A DNA stretch of 64,000 bases from Chloroflexota bacterium (GCA_045863195.1 BTUI01000001.1:395453-459452); one strand, 5' to 3'; counted from the stretch's first letter, positions 1-9,906 are shown. The notes: generated by a model from the sequence alone, not told the origin. Numbers and translations: made by a program.

Positions 1-1
1 G

Positions 2-135
2 GTGCCCTCGACGGCCCCGCCCGACCCGGCCGCCGCGCCCGAGACCTCCCCGACCGCCGCGCCGGACGCCCGGCCCGGCGCGAGCGGGATGCCCTCCGGC
101 GAGCCGTCGACCTCGCCGCCGCGCTCCTCGCCCTG
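2..135 (+). CDS. Possible 3' end of an upstream CDS (Pro/Ser/Thr/Ala-rich low-complexity C-terminal tail), partial
   Basis: Frame 2 stays open from the window edge to TGA at 133-135 and encodes ...PSTAPPDPAAAPETSPTAAPD...SPPRSSP*. A lower-GC promoter-like spacer follows (136-275). Weak support. Confidence 0.2.
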
Positions 136-275
136 ACCTCGGCTCTCGCGGGCGGATTTCGGGCATTGTGGACACTTCCGGGAAAGAATTCGTCGCTGTT
201 CTCGCTGTGTTTTGTTGAAGCGAGTGAGCGACTCGTCGCATACTGTCATCCGGCGGGCGGCGCGAGAGGATTTCT

Positions 276-2375
276 GTGACGACGGCTGGCTCTCGGCGTG
301 CTCAGCCGTACGTAGCGGCGTTTGATGGTCTGCGCGCGATCGCCGTGATCGCGGTCGTCGCGTACCACGCGTCGCTCAGCCAGGCCCCCGGCGGCTTCTT
401 CGGCGTCGACGTCTTCTTCGTCATCTCCGGCTACCTCGTCACCTCCCTCCTGCTCGACCGCGCGGCCATGCCCGGCACGTCCGACCTGCTGGACTTCTGG
501 CGTCGACGTCTCGTCCGCCTCGTGCCCGCCGCCGCCACCGCCATCGCCGCGACGTTCGTGCTGTTCGCGCTGCTCGGCATCCGGAGCGTCGGCACGCTGA
601 CCGCCGAGGCAGCCGGCGCGCTGGGTTATGTCGCGAACTGGGTGTTCCTGCTGCGCGACCACTCCTACTTCGAGACCGCCGCGCGCCCCTCCCCGTTCCT
701 CCACTTCTGGTCGCTGGCGGTGGAGGCGCAGTTCTATCTCGTGTGGCCGCTGTTGGTCGCCGCGGCGCTCCGCGCCGGCGGACGGCTGACGCTCTTCCTG
801 CTCGCGATCTCCCTCGGCTCGATCGCCGTGGTGATCGGGTCCAGCCTGTACGACCCGTTCGGCGACCCCTCGCGCTCCTACTACGGCACGGACGCGCGCG
901 CCTCCGGCCTGCTCATCGGCGCCGCGCTCGGCATCGTCGCCCGCCCCGGGCTGCGCAGCGCGCGCCGCGTGCTCGGTGGGTCGCTCCGGCCGCTCGTCGA
1001 GGTCGCCGGGTGGGCAGGCCTCGCCGTCCTCGCCTGGCTGGTGACGCGCGGTAGCGAGTTCAGCCCGTTCACCTACCAGGGCGGCTTCCTCGTCGCCTCC
1101 GTCGCCACCGTGGGTGTGCTCGTCGCCGGCCTGCACGGCCGCAACAGCCTCTCGTGGGCGCTCTCGATCGCGCCGCTGCGCTGGATCGGCCTGCGGTCGT
1201 ACTCGATCTACCTCTGGCACTGGCCGGTGGTCGTCCTCACGCAGCCGCAGATGAGCAGCGCCCTGCAATCGTGGAACCTCGCCGTCGCGCGCTTCGCGGC
1301 CACGCTCATCCTCGCCGAGATCTCCTACCGCCTCGTGGAGCACCGCTTCCGCTCCACGCGCTCCGTCGCCGCAACCGACGCGTCCGAGGTCTGGTGGCGG
1401 CGCTACCGCCCCGTGCGCCGCGCCGTCCGACGCCTCCCGCCCCGCCTCGGCCTCGCCGTCCGCTCGCCGTGGGCCCCGCCGGCCTCGCTCGTGGTCGCCG
1501 GCCTCGTCGCGATCGTCGTCGCGGGTGGCCTCCCCGTCCGCACGGGCCCGGGCATGGCGCCCGTGACGGTCGCCGGCGTCGCCGGCTACGAGTTCGATGG
1601 CGAGCGCATCGCGCTGGAGTTCCGTGGCGCCGCCACCGCAGCGGCCTCGGCGACACCCGCCTCGGCCGCGACCGCCGAGCCGGTCCCGACGCTCGCCCCC
1701 GCGCTCCCGGCCGTGGGGCTCTCGCCGGCCTCCGCGCCGGTGGTGACGGTCGCACCGGCCTCGGAGAGCACGCTCAGCAGCAGCGGCGCGGCCTCCTCCG
1801 TCTCCGGGCTCACCGACCCCGCCTCCGCCGCCGGGTTCGTGCTGCCCGATCAGGGCGACCTCCCGGACGAGGCGGCCGCCCTCCCCGACACGATCTCCGT
1901 CACGGCGATCGGCGACTCCGTGATGGTCGCCGCCGTCCCCGCCCTCGCCGAGGCGCTTCCCGGCCTGTACGTGGACGCGGAGGTGGGCCGCCAGTTCTGG
2001 TCCGCCGCTGACCTGATCCACACCCTCCGCGAGGCGGGCGACCTCGGCGACGTCGTGGTCATCCACCTCGGCTCGAACGGGCCGTTCACGGACGACCAGT
2101 TCGATGCGCTGATGGAGGCGCTGGACGGCGTGCGCGGCGTAGTGTTCGTGAACGTCACGGTTCCACGTCGGTGGGAGTCGGACGTCAACGATGCGCTCGC
2201 GCGCCGCGTGCAGGGCCTGGCGAACGTCTCGCTGGCGGACTGGAACGCGATCAGCCGCGATGCGCCCGACTTCTTCGCGGCGGACGGCGTCCACCTCACC
2301 ACAGCCGGGCAGACCGCATACGCCGACCTGATCGGCCAGCACGTCCTCTCGGCGTTGGGGCTATCCTCCTCCTAG
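276..2375 (+). CDS. Acyltransferase family 3 membrane protein with C-terminal SGNH/GDSL hydrolase domain (OafA/OatA-like O-acetyltransferase)
   Basis: 699-aa ORF with GTG start. N-terminal multi-TM acyltransferase_3 motifs (FDGLRAIAVIAVVAYH, VDVFFVISGYL, SIYLWHWPV). C-terminal SGNH block (ITAIGDSVMV ... IHLGSNG ... AADGVHLT). Confidence 0.8.
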   Translation: MTTAGSRRAQPYVAAFDGLRAIAVIAVVAYHASLSQAPGGFFGVDVFFVISGYLVTSLLLDRAAMPGTSDLLDFWRRRLVRLVPAAATAIAATFVLFALLGIRSVGTLTAEAAGALGYVANWVFLLRDHSYFETAARPSPFLHFWSLAVEAQFYLVWPLLVAAALRAGGRLTLFLLAISLGSIAVVIGSSLYDPFGDPSRSYYGTDARASGLLIGAALGIVARPGLRSARRVLGGSLRPLVEVAGWAGLAVLAWLVTRGSEFSPFTYQGGFLVASVATVGVLVAGLHGRNSLSWALSIAPLRWIGLRSYSIYLWHWPVVVLTQPQMSSALQSWNLAVARFAATLILAEISYRLVEHRFRSTRSVAATDASEVWWRRYRPVRRAVRRLPPRLGLAVRSPWAPPASLVVAGLVAIVVAGGLPVRTGPGMAPVTVAGVAGYEFDGERIALEFRGAATAAASATPASAATAEPVPTLAPALPAVGLSPASAPVVTVAPASESTLSSSGAASSVSGLTDPASAAGFVLPDQGDLPDEAAALPDTISVTAIGDSVMVAAVPALAEALPGLYVDAEVGRQFWSAADLIHTLREAGDLGDVVVIHLGSNGPFTDDQFDALMEALDGVRGVVFVNVTVPRRWESDVNDALARRVQGLANVSLADWNAISRDAPDFFAADGVHLTTAGQTAYADLIGQHVLSALGLSSS

Positions 2376-2445
2376 CCTCCCATCCAGCCTGCCGGTTTGC
2401 GCCCGTGTGCTGTAATGCCGGGACGCACCGCGCCTGGAGGGCCCA

Positions 2446-3906
2446 TTGGTAAGCACCGGACCGGCACCCACGGACTCACGACCGCTGAAGCTCTGCCCGA
2501 ACTGCGGTCGGACCACCGAGGCTGCCGAGAACCGCTGCACCCACTGCCTTGCGGACGTGACCCAGGCGCGCATCCTCGGGACCGAGGACGCCGAGCGTCA
2601 CGCCGAGGCGGACCGCGTGGACGACGCGCGTCGTGAGAAGCGCCGCCGCCGCCTCACGCAGCGTGAACTGTGGATGCGCCGCATCCTCCTCGGCACCGTG
2701 GTCGCCCTCGTCGGGTGGTGGGTGTACCGCAACTTCATCTACGAGCCGCCCCCGATCCCGGCGGCGAGCGACCCCTCGATCACCCAGCCAGCGGCGGGCG
2801 AGGCGTGGGCCGGCGTGCACGGCGACCCCGCAGGCACCCGGCGCACCCAGGCGCCCTCCCACATCGACGGCGCCGAGGCGTGGCGCTTCGACCTCCGCGC
2901 AGGCGGGACGCCCTCCACGTCCGTGAAGACGGCGATGGTCTCGGACGGCGAGCGCCTGTACGTCACGACCACCGACAACCGCATCGTCGCGCTGGACGCG
3001 ACGACCGGCACGCTTGCGTGGGAGCGCCGCCTGCAGAACGCGCCCTACTCCGCACCGACCGTCGCCGGCGGACGCCTGTACGTGGCGCTGCTGCAGGGCG
3101 CGCTCGAAGCCCTCGATGCGGAGACTGGCGAGAGCCTGTGGCTCACGAACGCGACGAAGGGCACGTTCCAGTCCTCGCCCGTGGTGGCGGACGGCGTCGC
3201 CTACGTGTTCGGCACGCAGGGCGCCTTCGGGTTCGACGCGGTCACCGGCGAGCGGATCTGGGCGCTGGAGCATCGAAGTACCTGGGCAACGGTCACGGCG
3301 ATCGTCGAGGGGGATTACCTTGTGGGGGCCGGCGGACGCGACGCGAAGGTCTACCACCGCGAGCGCGGCGTGCAGACCTACTTCCTGGAGTTCGCCCGCT
3401 CCGAGCCGTATGCCGTCCTCGCGGACCGGGGCGAGGTGTTCGCGCTGTACCGCGGGGCATCCTCCGCATTCCGGACCGACGAGCAGCGGCCGTGGTGGGA
3501 GATCTGGCGCGCCGCCTGGTCGCAGGCGTGGATCATCGGCTGGGCGCCCGCACCCACGCCCCCGCCCACGCTCTGGGCCGTCGGCGCCACGCCGCGCGAG
3601 GTCGCCGGCGCCGCGATGGGCGACGACCGCGTGTTCGTCGCGGGGCGGGATGGTGAACTCGTCGCCATCGCTCGGGCCAGCGGGGCGGAGGTCTGGGCCA
3701 CGCGCACGCTGGTGAGCGTGAACGGCCCGGTCCTCGCCTCGGACGGCCTGTTCCTGACCCACCGCGAGGCGCTGACGCTGATCGACCCGGCCGATGGGCG
3801 CGAGATCCGCCGCCGCATGTTCGAGACGCCGGTGCTGCAGAGCACCGTCACGGCGGCCGGCACCTACCTCGCCCTGCTGGACGGCACCGTGGTGATGCTG
3901 CGCTAG
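2446..3906 (+). CDS. PQQ-like beta-propeller repeat protein with N-terminal zinc-ribbon and one transmembrane helix
   Basis: 486-aa ORF; the TTG start is uncertain. N-terminal CPNCG...CTHC zinc ribbon, then a TM segment (ILLGTVVALVGWWVY). Repeated beta-propeller units with ...LYV/AYVFG... WALE/WER strands typical of the PQQ/BamB-like fold. Confidence 0.65.
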   Translation: MVSTGPAPTDSRPLKLCPNCGRTTEAAENRCTHCLADVTQARILGTEDAERHAEADRVDDARREKRRRRLTQRELWMRRILLGTVVALVGWWVYRNFIYEPPPIPAASDPSITQPAAGEAWAGVHGDPAGTRRTQAPSHIDGAEAWRFDLRAGGTPSTSVKTAMVSDGERLYVTTTDNRIVALDATTGTLAWERRLQNAPYSAPTVAGGRLYVALLQGALEALDAETGESLWLTNATKGTFQSSPVVADGVAYVFGTQGAFGFDAVTGERIWALEHRSTWATVTAIVEGDYLVGAGGRDAKVYHRERGVQTYFLEFARSEPYAVLADRGEVFALYRGASSAFRTDEQRPWWEIWRAAWSQAWIIGWAPAPTPPPTLWAVGATPREVAGAAMGDDRVFVAGRDGELVAIARASGAEVWATRTLVSVNGPVLASDGLFLTHREALTLIDPADGREIRRRMFETPVLQSTVTAAGTYLALLDGTVVMLR

Positions 3907-5171
3907 CCGGCCGCCGGGACGCCCTCGCGCGGGGCCACGTTCGGCGGCCGCGCGGTGAGGATCGCGAGGAGCGACAGCACCGGGAGCGCGGCCATCACGG
4001 CAATGCCCGGGCGGAAGCCGTCGAAGGCGCCCTGCAGCGCCGCCAGCGGCAGCGGCCCGAGCGCGGAGGCGGTGATGTTCACCATCACCGCTGAGCCCTG
4101 TACGCGGCCCAGCCCGAAGCGGCCGTAGAAGTGCGCCCACACCACGTTGTTCACGACCTGGCTGATGCCCTGGCAGACGCCGAGCAGCGCCGCGTACGCC
4201 ACCGCGAGCGCAACCGAGTCAATCACGAGCGCGAGCATCATCGCGGCGATCATTGCGAGCATGCTCCCCGCGAAAACGACCTGCGGGCGGTAGCGGTCAA
4301 CGATGCCGCCGGTCGCGAGTGCTGAGAGCGCGGACACCGCCGCCATCGGCACGAACGTGGCTGCCGCGACCGTCGCGTCCAGCCCCTGCTCACGCATGAT
4401 CGCGTTCTGGTGGAACACCAGGCCGGTCACCCCCAGCGCCGGGGTGGAGAGCGGCAGCGCGAGCCACCAGAAACGGAGCGAGGTGAGCACGGGACGCCGG
4501 TCCGGCGTCGACGCCGCAATCGCAGCGCTCTCCACGGTCTCACCCGGCGGTGGGCCGTCCGCCCCGTCCGGGAACAGGCGCATTTCCTCGGGGCGCTCGC
4601 GCACCACAAACAGCGCCAGCGGAATGACCAGCACCCACACCATCACGCCCAGCACGACATACGCCTCGCGCCAGCCGATCGCATCGATGAGCAGCCGCGC
4701 CAGCAACGGGATCACGGCGAGCGACAGCGGGAAGCCGAGCCCCTGGATCGACATCGCCCGACCGCGGCGGCGGACGAACCACTGTGCCGTCAGCAACGTG
4801 CCGTTGATGGTCAGCGAGCCCTGCGCCAGCGCGCGCAGCGCGGAGAACGCGAGGAAGACGACGAACGCCCCCTGCGCGAGGGAGAGCGAGATGCACGCAA
4901 GGCCGACGCCGGTCGCCACCGCCGGCAGCGTCTTCCGCACCCCGTGGCGGTCGGCGAGACGGCTCACCACCATCACCATGACCGCGCTCACCCCGGTCCC
5001 GATCGCATACAGCGCGGACAGGGACGTCCGTTCGAGGCCCGTGTCCTCGATGATGCTGTCGATGAACGCGGAGAAGCCGTACGTCTGTCCGGGCCCGGAC
5101 GAAAACGCGATCACCGCGCCGGACGCGACGATCCACCAGCCGTAGAAGATGCGAGGGCGCTGCGCGGGCAC
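3903..5171 (-). CDS. MFS transporter (oxalate/formate antiporter-like)
   Basis: 422-aa ORF with 12 predicted TM helices. MFS signature loop (SRLADRHGVRKTL). Overlaps the upstream gene's stop by 4 nt. Confidence 0.8.
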   Translation of the reverse strand: MPAQRPRIFYGWWIVASGAVIAFSSGPGQTYGFSAFIDSIIEDTGLERTSLSALYAIGTGVSAVMVMVVSRLADRHGVRKTLPAVATGVGLACISLSLAQGAFVVFLAFSALRALAQGSLTINGTLLTAQWFVRRRGRAMSIQGLGFPLSLAVIPLLARLLIDAIGWREAYVVLGVMVWVLVIPLALFVVRERPEEMRLFPDGADGPPPGETVESAAIAASTPDRRPVLTSLRFWWLALPLSTPALGVTGLVFHQNAIMREQGLDATVAAATFVPMAAVSALSALATGGIVDRYRPQVVFAGSMLAMIAAMMLALVIDSVALAVAYAALLGVCQGISQVVNNVVWAHFYGRFGLGRVQGSAVMVNITASALGPLPLAALQGAFDGFRPGIAVMAALPVLSLLAILTARPPNVAPREGVPAAG

Positions 5172-5245
5172 CGGCGGCCGTCCCGTCTAGCCCGCAAGCC
5201 GAGGCGGGACGGACAGCATAGGCACCGCATCACTGCCACCGCCAC

Positions 5246-7675
5246 CTACGACTTGAGCGGCACCGTCGCGATCACGCCGGACGCCTCGAACGCGTCGATC
5301 TCAGTCTCCCCGTAGCCACCGAGGTCACGGAGCACCGCGCGGTTGTGCTCACCGAAGCACGGCGCGGGCTGGATCGCCGGCTGCGGGCGGTGCCGCCAGC
5401 GCCAGACGGGCCGCGTCACCACGTGTTCGCCGGCCTCAGGGTGCATCGTCGTCGGGAAGAAGCCACGCGCGGCGAGATGCGCGTCCCGCACCAGCATGAG
5501 CGGCGACATCACCGCGGAGGCCGCCACCCCGGCCGCCTGCAGGCGGGCCGCCTCCACGTGCGGATCACGCGACCGCGCCCACCCCTCGATCACCGCGTCA
5601 ATCGCCGCCTCGTGCGCCTTGCGCCCGGCGAGTGTCGCATACGCGGGGTCGTCCAGGCGGCGGTCGTCGATCACGTCGCGGAGCGCCCCCCACGCCGCGT
5701 CCGAGTCGACGGCGATCGCCAGCCACGTGTCGTGGAACTCGCCGATCACCCGACCCAGGATGTCGCCCTGCATCCGCCCGGAGTCATCCGCCGTGCGGTA
5801 GACCCCGTGCGGAGCGCAGTCGATGTCCCGGTTCCCCGGCCGCACCGGGTACGGGATCCCGGCGGACTCCGCGACCATGAACTCGCCGACCATGCCGAGG
5901 ATGTTGTCCCGCTGCGAGACCACCACGTGGACGCCTCGCCCGGTCGCCTCGCGCTGGAGGAGCGCCGCGGCGGTCGCCCCCGCGGCGGTGATGCCGCCGG
6001 TCGGATCGCCGTACGAGATGCCGCTCTTGTGCGGCGGGCCGCCCTCGTAGCCCTGCAGCGCGACGAGGCCGCCCATCTGCTCGATGGTCGGGCCGAAGCC
6101 CACGCGCTCCGCCTCCGGCCCCTGCTGGGAGAAGCCGGGCATCTGCACCAGGCTCACGCGCGGGTTGATCGCCTGCAGGTCGGCGAACCCGATCCCGAGG
6201 CGGTCAGCGACGCCCACGCTCCAGTTCTCGATCACCACGTCTGCGTGCGGTACCAGCCGCCGGAACGCCTCGATCCCCTCGGGGCGATGGAGGTCCAGCG
6301 CCAGGCCGCGCTTGTTGCGGTTGTACTCGTTGAAGTAGGGCGCCTTGTTGAAGGAGCGCGGGTCCGGTCCGCGCCCCACGCCACGCACCGCGTCCGGGAA
6401 GGCGGGGCCTTCGATGTGGATGACATCCGCCCCCATGTCGGCGAAGAAGCGGGCGGCGTACGGCCCGGCCCACACCTGCGTCAGGTCCAGCACGCGCACG
6501 CCCTCCAGCGGGCGCCGCCGCTGGATCGTCCCGCCGGCGGGGCGCGGCAGCGTCCCGGCGATCTCCGCCAGCACCTCCGCGGTGTGCTCGCCGAGGAGCG
6601 GCGCGCGACGAGGAGCCTCGAAGCGTCCATCCAGCGAGAACGGCAGTCGCGGCAGCGCGTGGCGACCGAGACCCGGGTGGTCGACCTCCGTCCAGAAGCC
6701 GGCCTCGCGCAGCGGCCCCCACTCCAGCAGGTCGCGCGGCGTGGGGATGAGCGAGAACGGAGCGCGGTGGCGCTGCGACTCCTCGAAGATCTCCTGCGCG
6801 GTACGGGCCGTCGTCCATTCCAGCACCAGGTTCGCGACGAACTCGTTCGCCTCCGGGTTCGCCGCGAGGTCCGCGAACACCGGGGTCTCGGTCAGTTCGG
6901 GGTGGCCGATGCACCGGTAGACAGAGCCGGTCTGCCGGGCCATGGAGGCGACGCCCACAAACCCGTCCGCGCACGGATAGATCCCCCACACCGCGCGCGC
7001 CTGGTTGCCCGTCCGCTCCGAATCCTGCCCGCGCACCATTGCCGTGGGCCCGAACCCCTCGAGGCTCGCGGCCTGCGCCTCCTGCATCGAGATGTCCAGC
7101 CAGTCACCGGCGCCGTCGCGGCGCGCGGCGAGGAGCGCCGTGAGCGAGGCGGCGAACCCGTGGAGGCCGGCCTGCATCGCCGCCTGGTGGCCGGCGGTCT
7201 TGAGCGGCGGAGCCTCCGGGTCGCCGCAGATCCCCAGCTGGCCCCCCGCCGCCGAGGCCGTGAGCGCGGTCGCCCGCCACGCGGCGAGCGGCCCGTCCTG
7301 GCCGTACGGGGTGATCGAGCAGACCACGAGCGGCCGCGCCTCCGTCAGCGCGGCGAAGTCCAGGCCGCGGGCAGCCCACCAGCCGGGCGTGGCATCCTCC
7401 ACCACGATATCCGCGCGCTCGACGAGCGACAGGATCGCGCCGCGTCCCTCGACCGTGTCCGGATCGAGCACGGCGGAGCGCTTGGACACGTTCAACGAGG
7501 CGAAGAGCGCGCTGCTCTCGCCGCCGTCATCCCGGCGCGGGCCGCGCCTGCGCGTGGGGTCGCCCTCGGGCGGCTCGACCTTCACGACGTCCGCGCCGAG
7601 GAGCGCGAGCATCCGGCACGCAAACGCGCCGGCGACATCCCGGCTCAGGTCGACCACGCGTGTCCCGTGGAGCAT
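5246..7675 (-). CDS. Tandem-fused CoA-transferase family III (CaiB/BaiF) protein, two complete domains
   Basis: 809-aa ORF. It has two copies of the family III N-terminal Rossmann motif (RVVDLSRDVAGAFACRMLALLGADVVKVEPP and RVLDLTQVWAGPYAARFFADMGADVIHIEGP), each followed by a conserved Asp-containing core. Confidence 0.75.
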   Translation of the reverse strand: MLHGTRVVDLSRDVAGAFACRMLALLGADVVKVEPPEGDPTRRRGPRRDDGGESSALFASLNVSKRSAVLDPDTVEGRGAILSLVERADIVVEDATPGWWAARGLDFAALTEARPLVVCSITPYGQDGPLAAWRATALTASAAGGQLGICGDPEAPPLKTAGHQAAMQAGLHGFAASLTALLAARRDGAGDWLDISMQEAQAASLEGFGPTAMVRGQDSERTGNQARAVWGIYPCADGFVGVASMARQTGSVYRCIGHPELTETPVFADLAANPEANEFVANLVLEWTTARTAQEIFEESQRHRAPFSLIPTPRDLLEWGPLREAGFWTEVDHPGLGRHALPRLPFSLDGRFEAPRRAPLLGEHTAEVLAEIAGTLPRPAGGTIQRRRPLEGVRVLDLTQVWAGPYAARFFADMGADVIHIEGPAFPDAVRGVGRGPDPRSFNKAPYFNEYNRNKRGLALDLHRPEGIEAFRRLVPHADVVIENWSVGVADRLGIGFADLQAINPRVSLVQMPGFSQQGPEAERVGFGPTIEQMGGLVALQGYEGGPPHKSGISYGDPTGGITAAGATAAALLQREATGRGVHVVVSQRDNILGMVGEFMVAESAGIPYPVRPGNRDIDCAPHGVYRTADDSGRMQGDILGRVIGEFHDTWLAIAVDSDAAWGALRDVIDDRRLDDPAYATLAGRKAHEAAIDAVIEGWARSRDPHVEAARLQAAGVAASAVMSPLMLVRDAHLAARGFFPTTMHPEAGEHVVTRPVWRWRHRPQPAIQPAPCFGEHNRAVLRDLGGYGETEIDAFEASGVIATVPLKS

Positions 7676-7753
7676 CCCGGCACCCTCCGCGCGTCAGGAA
7701 TGACGGGCGTGATGATACCCGGGGCGGTCGAGCCTCGTGCGGTGCGGGTTCGG

Positions 7754-9040
7754 CTACTCGTTGCCGGCGGGGCCGGGCGGCGTGCCGCTGCCCTGCGCCG
7801 GCGCGGGCGAGGTCCCCGTGCCGGGGGGCGGTGTGCTGGTGGTCGGCGTCGTGGGTGTCGTGGGCGTCGTCGGTGCTGGCGAGGCGGGGGTGCTCCCGCC
7901 GCACAGCACCACGAGCGCGGTGGTGCCGGTGATCGTGCCGCCGGGGAACCGCGACTCCCAGCCACGGTTCACGAAGGAGGGCGCGCCCGGCGTGTACCCA
8001 ACGAACTGGCCGTCCGCCGCGGACCAGACAGAGGAGACGTTGCACCCGCCCGACTGCGCGGCCGTGACCAGCGAGGTGGTGGGGCCGCCGCTCCAGACGA
8101 CGAGCCCGACCCCACGCGAGGGCACGCTGCCGACGATCTGGCCGCTGCCCGATCCCGTGGCGGGCGTGGACGTGGGGGGCTGCGTGGAGGCCGGCGGGCT
8201 CGTCGTCGTGGGCGTGGTCGGCGCGGTGGTGGCCGGCGGCGTCACGGGGCCGCTGCCCAGCGGCTGCAGGTACTGCTCCGCGACCCAGCCGACGCGCCCC
8301 AGCGCCGTGATCTGCCGCCACAGCAGGCCGTCCGCGCTCGTGCTGCCGTCCATCACCGTGACCACGGTCGAGTCCGGCAGGCAGGTCAGGACGACGCCCG
8401 CCACGCCCGCGGAGGAGCGGAGCCGCAGGCAGTCACCGTCCGCAGCGACGATCGCGGAGCCGCCCGCCACCAGCGAGGCGTTCGGGGTGACCTGCGGTTG
8501 CGTGTCGGCGGTGACGCCGGGGAAGCGGTAGGCCCGCGCGGTGATGTTCGGGTAGCGCGCGGCGAGCACGGCCGGGTTGTAGCCGGTGCGGATGCGGACC
8601 ACGCCGTCCCACTGGGAGTTGGAATCGATGACCGTGAGCACCCCGCCACCGTGGTTCGTCATGACGATCGCGGTGTGCAGCCCGGCGTAGGAGACGCTCG
8701 GCCCGGAGTTGGCGTCGTCCGCCATCTGGATGACGTCGCCCTCCTGCACCGCGTCCAGGGCCACCTCCACCGCGCCGGCCTGCAGGTAGCCCTGGCGGTA
8801 GTCCCAGCCGATCGTCCGCCCGGTCGCCGCCTGGATGACCCGGCGCACCCACGGGAAGCATTCGCCCTCCCACCGGTCGAGCGACTGCATGGCGATGCTG
8901 ATGACGTTGGTGAGCGCGGCGTCCGCACCCGGGGTGGTGGAGGCGCGCGCGGGGCTGGTCGCGACGAGCGTCAGGGCGACGGCGAACGTCGCGGCGGCGA
9001 ACAGACTGAGCACGCGACGGGCGCGCGACGGCTCCGGCAT
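7754..9040 (-). CDS. Secreted cell-wall hydrolase: CHAP (Cys-His amidase/peptidase) domain + SH3b-like domain + Pro/Thr-rich linkers
   Basis: 428-aa ORF. Sec signal peptide (LSLFAAATFAVALTLVATSPARAST). CHAP Cys (GECFPW) and His (GLHTAIV). SH3b-like segment (LRLRSSAGVAGVVLTCLPDSTVVTVM...WRQI). PT-rich linkers. Confidence 0.65.
   Translation of the reverse strand: MPEPSRARRVLSLFAAATFAVALTLVATSPARASTTPGADAALTNVISIAMQSLDRWEGECFPWVRRVIQAATGRTIGWDYRQGYLQAGAVEVALDAVQEGDVIQMADDANSGPSVSYAGLHTAIVMTNHGGGVLTVIDSNSQWDGVVRIRTGYNPAVLAARYPNITARAYRFPGVTADTQPQVTPNASLVAGGSAIVAADGDCLRLRSSAGVAGVVLTCLPDSTVVTVMDGSTSADGLLWRQITALGRVGWVAEQYLQPLGSGPVTPPATTAPTTPTTTSPPASTQPPTSTPATGSGSGQIVGSVPSRGVGLVVWSGGPTTSLVTAAQSGGCNVSSVWSAADGQFVGYTPGAPSFVNRGWESRFPGGTITGTTALVVLCGGSTPASPAPTTPTTPTTPTTSTPPPGTGTSPAPAQGSGTPPGPAGNE
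7838..7875. repeat. Short tandem 9-nt repeats (GGYGTCGTG-like) inside the CHAP gene encoding the (TTP)n linker
   Basis: ggcgtcgtgggtgtcgtgggcgtcgtcggtgct seen directly; corresponds to the TTPTTPTTPTT linker on the minus strand. Confidence 0.3.
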
Positions 9041-9130
9041 GACCGGTTCTCCCTCACCCCGCCCCCGAAGACGGTACCAGCCACCCTCCGCTGACGTCGA
9101 CCGCAGGGGATCGAGGCGGCCGCCCGCCCG

Positions 9131-9853
9131 TCAGGCCTCCACCCAGATCTTCCGGGCGACCTCCGTGGACATGGACACCCGGCGGCCGGACACCTCCACC
9201 GTGACGGTGCCGGCACCGCGGCTGACCTCCACCATCTCCACCGCCCCGCCGAGGCGGAAGCCGTGGTTGCCGAGGAAGCGCAGCAGGTCCGGCACCTCGT
9301 GCTCCGCGACCTCGGAGATGCGGCGCAGGGGGGCGCGCTCGCCCGGGGCGAGGGTGGCCAGCGCCCGCTCCGACTTCCCGTCCGAGGGCTGCCCGGGGAT
9401 CGGGTTCCCGTGCGGGCAGGTGCGTGGCTCGCCGATCATCTGGTGCAGGCGATCCGCCACGCGGAGCGAGAGGCCGTGCTCCAGCCGGCTCGCCTCCTCG
9501 TCCGCGGTCAGCCAGTCGAACCCGAGCGCGTCCACCAGCCAGCGCTCCGCGATCCGGTGCTTGCGGACGATCTCCGCGGCCGCGCGGCGGCCCTTCGCGG
9601 TGAGCGTCAGTTCTTTGTTCGGGGAGACCTGCACCAACCCGTCGCGGGTCATGCGCACCACCGCGGCCGCCACCGTGGGCTGCGACACGCTCAGCCACTC
9701 CGCCAGCCGCGCTGCGCGCACCACTTCGCCCTCGCCGTCGATGTAGAACATCGCCTCGAGGTAGCGCGCGATCGTCTCGGAAGGGCCCTCCTCGCGGCGG
9801 CCCTCCTCGGGCGGCACGGGCGGGTTCTGGGCTGATCGGGACGGTGGCGTCAT
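9131..9853 (-). CDS. DtxR/IdeR/MntR-family metal-dependent transcriptional repressor with C-terminal FeoA/SH3-like domain
   Basis: Internal ATG at 9853 yields a 240-aa protein. wHTH (LSVSQPTVAAAVVRMTRDGLV) and metal-site/dimerisation region (RKHRIAERWL ... CPHGNPIP) are present. The C-terminal FeoA-like domain is typical of DtxR. The 559-aa track ORF is a frame artefact that also spans ctaA. Confidence 0.8.
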   Translation of the reverse strand: MTPPSRSAQNPPVPPEEGRREEGPSETIARYLEAMFYIDGEGEVVRAARLAEWLSVSQPTVAAAVVRMTRDGLVQVSPNKELTLTAKGRRAAAEIVRKHRIAERWLVDALGFDWLTADEEASRLEHGLSLRVADRLHQMIGEPRTCPHGNPIPGQPSDGKSERALATLAPGERAPLRRISEVAEHEVPDLLRFLGNHGFRLGGAVEMVEVSRGAGTVTVEVSGRRVSMSTEVARKIWVEA

Positions 9854-9906
9854 GCGGCTCCCTGGCGTCGCGGCGCCGGATGGCGCCCGTGGCGTCGAGG
9901 TGCCGA

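Noticed and set aside
2171-2452. Small ORFs such as 2171..2452 and 2397..2636 in the acyltransferase/PQQ junction
   Set aside because: They overlap the 3' end of the acyltransferase or 5' end of the PQQ-propeller gene in other frames. They are Arg-rich and have no RBS or motif support.
5345-9094. 1249-aa plus-strand ORF, with similar giant ORFs at 27351..31505 (1384 aa) and 43725..48227 (1500 aa)
   Set aside because: These are antisense to well-supported genes (CoA-transferase/CHAP, mutS/S8, smc/rnc). Their composition is overwhelmingly Arg/Gly/Pro/Ala with no motifs. This is the typical stop-codon-poor antisense frame of about 72% GC DNA.
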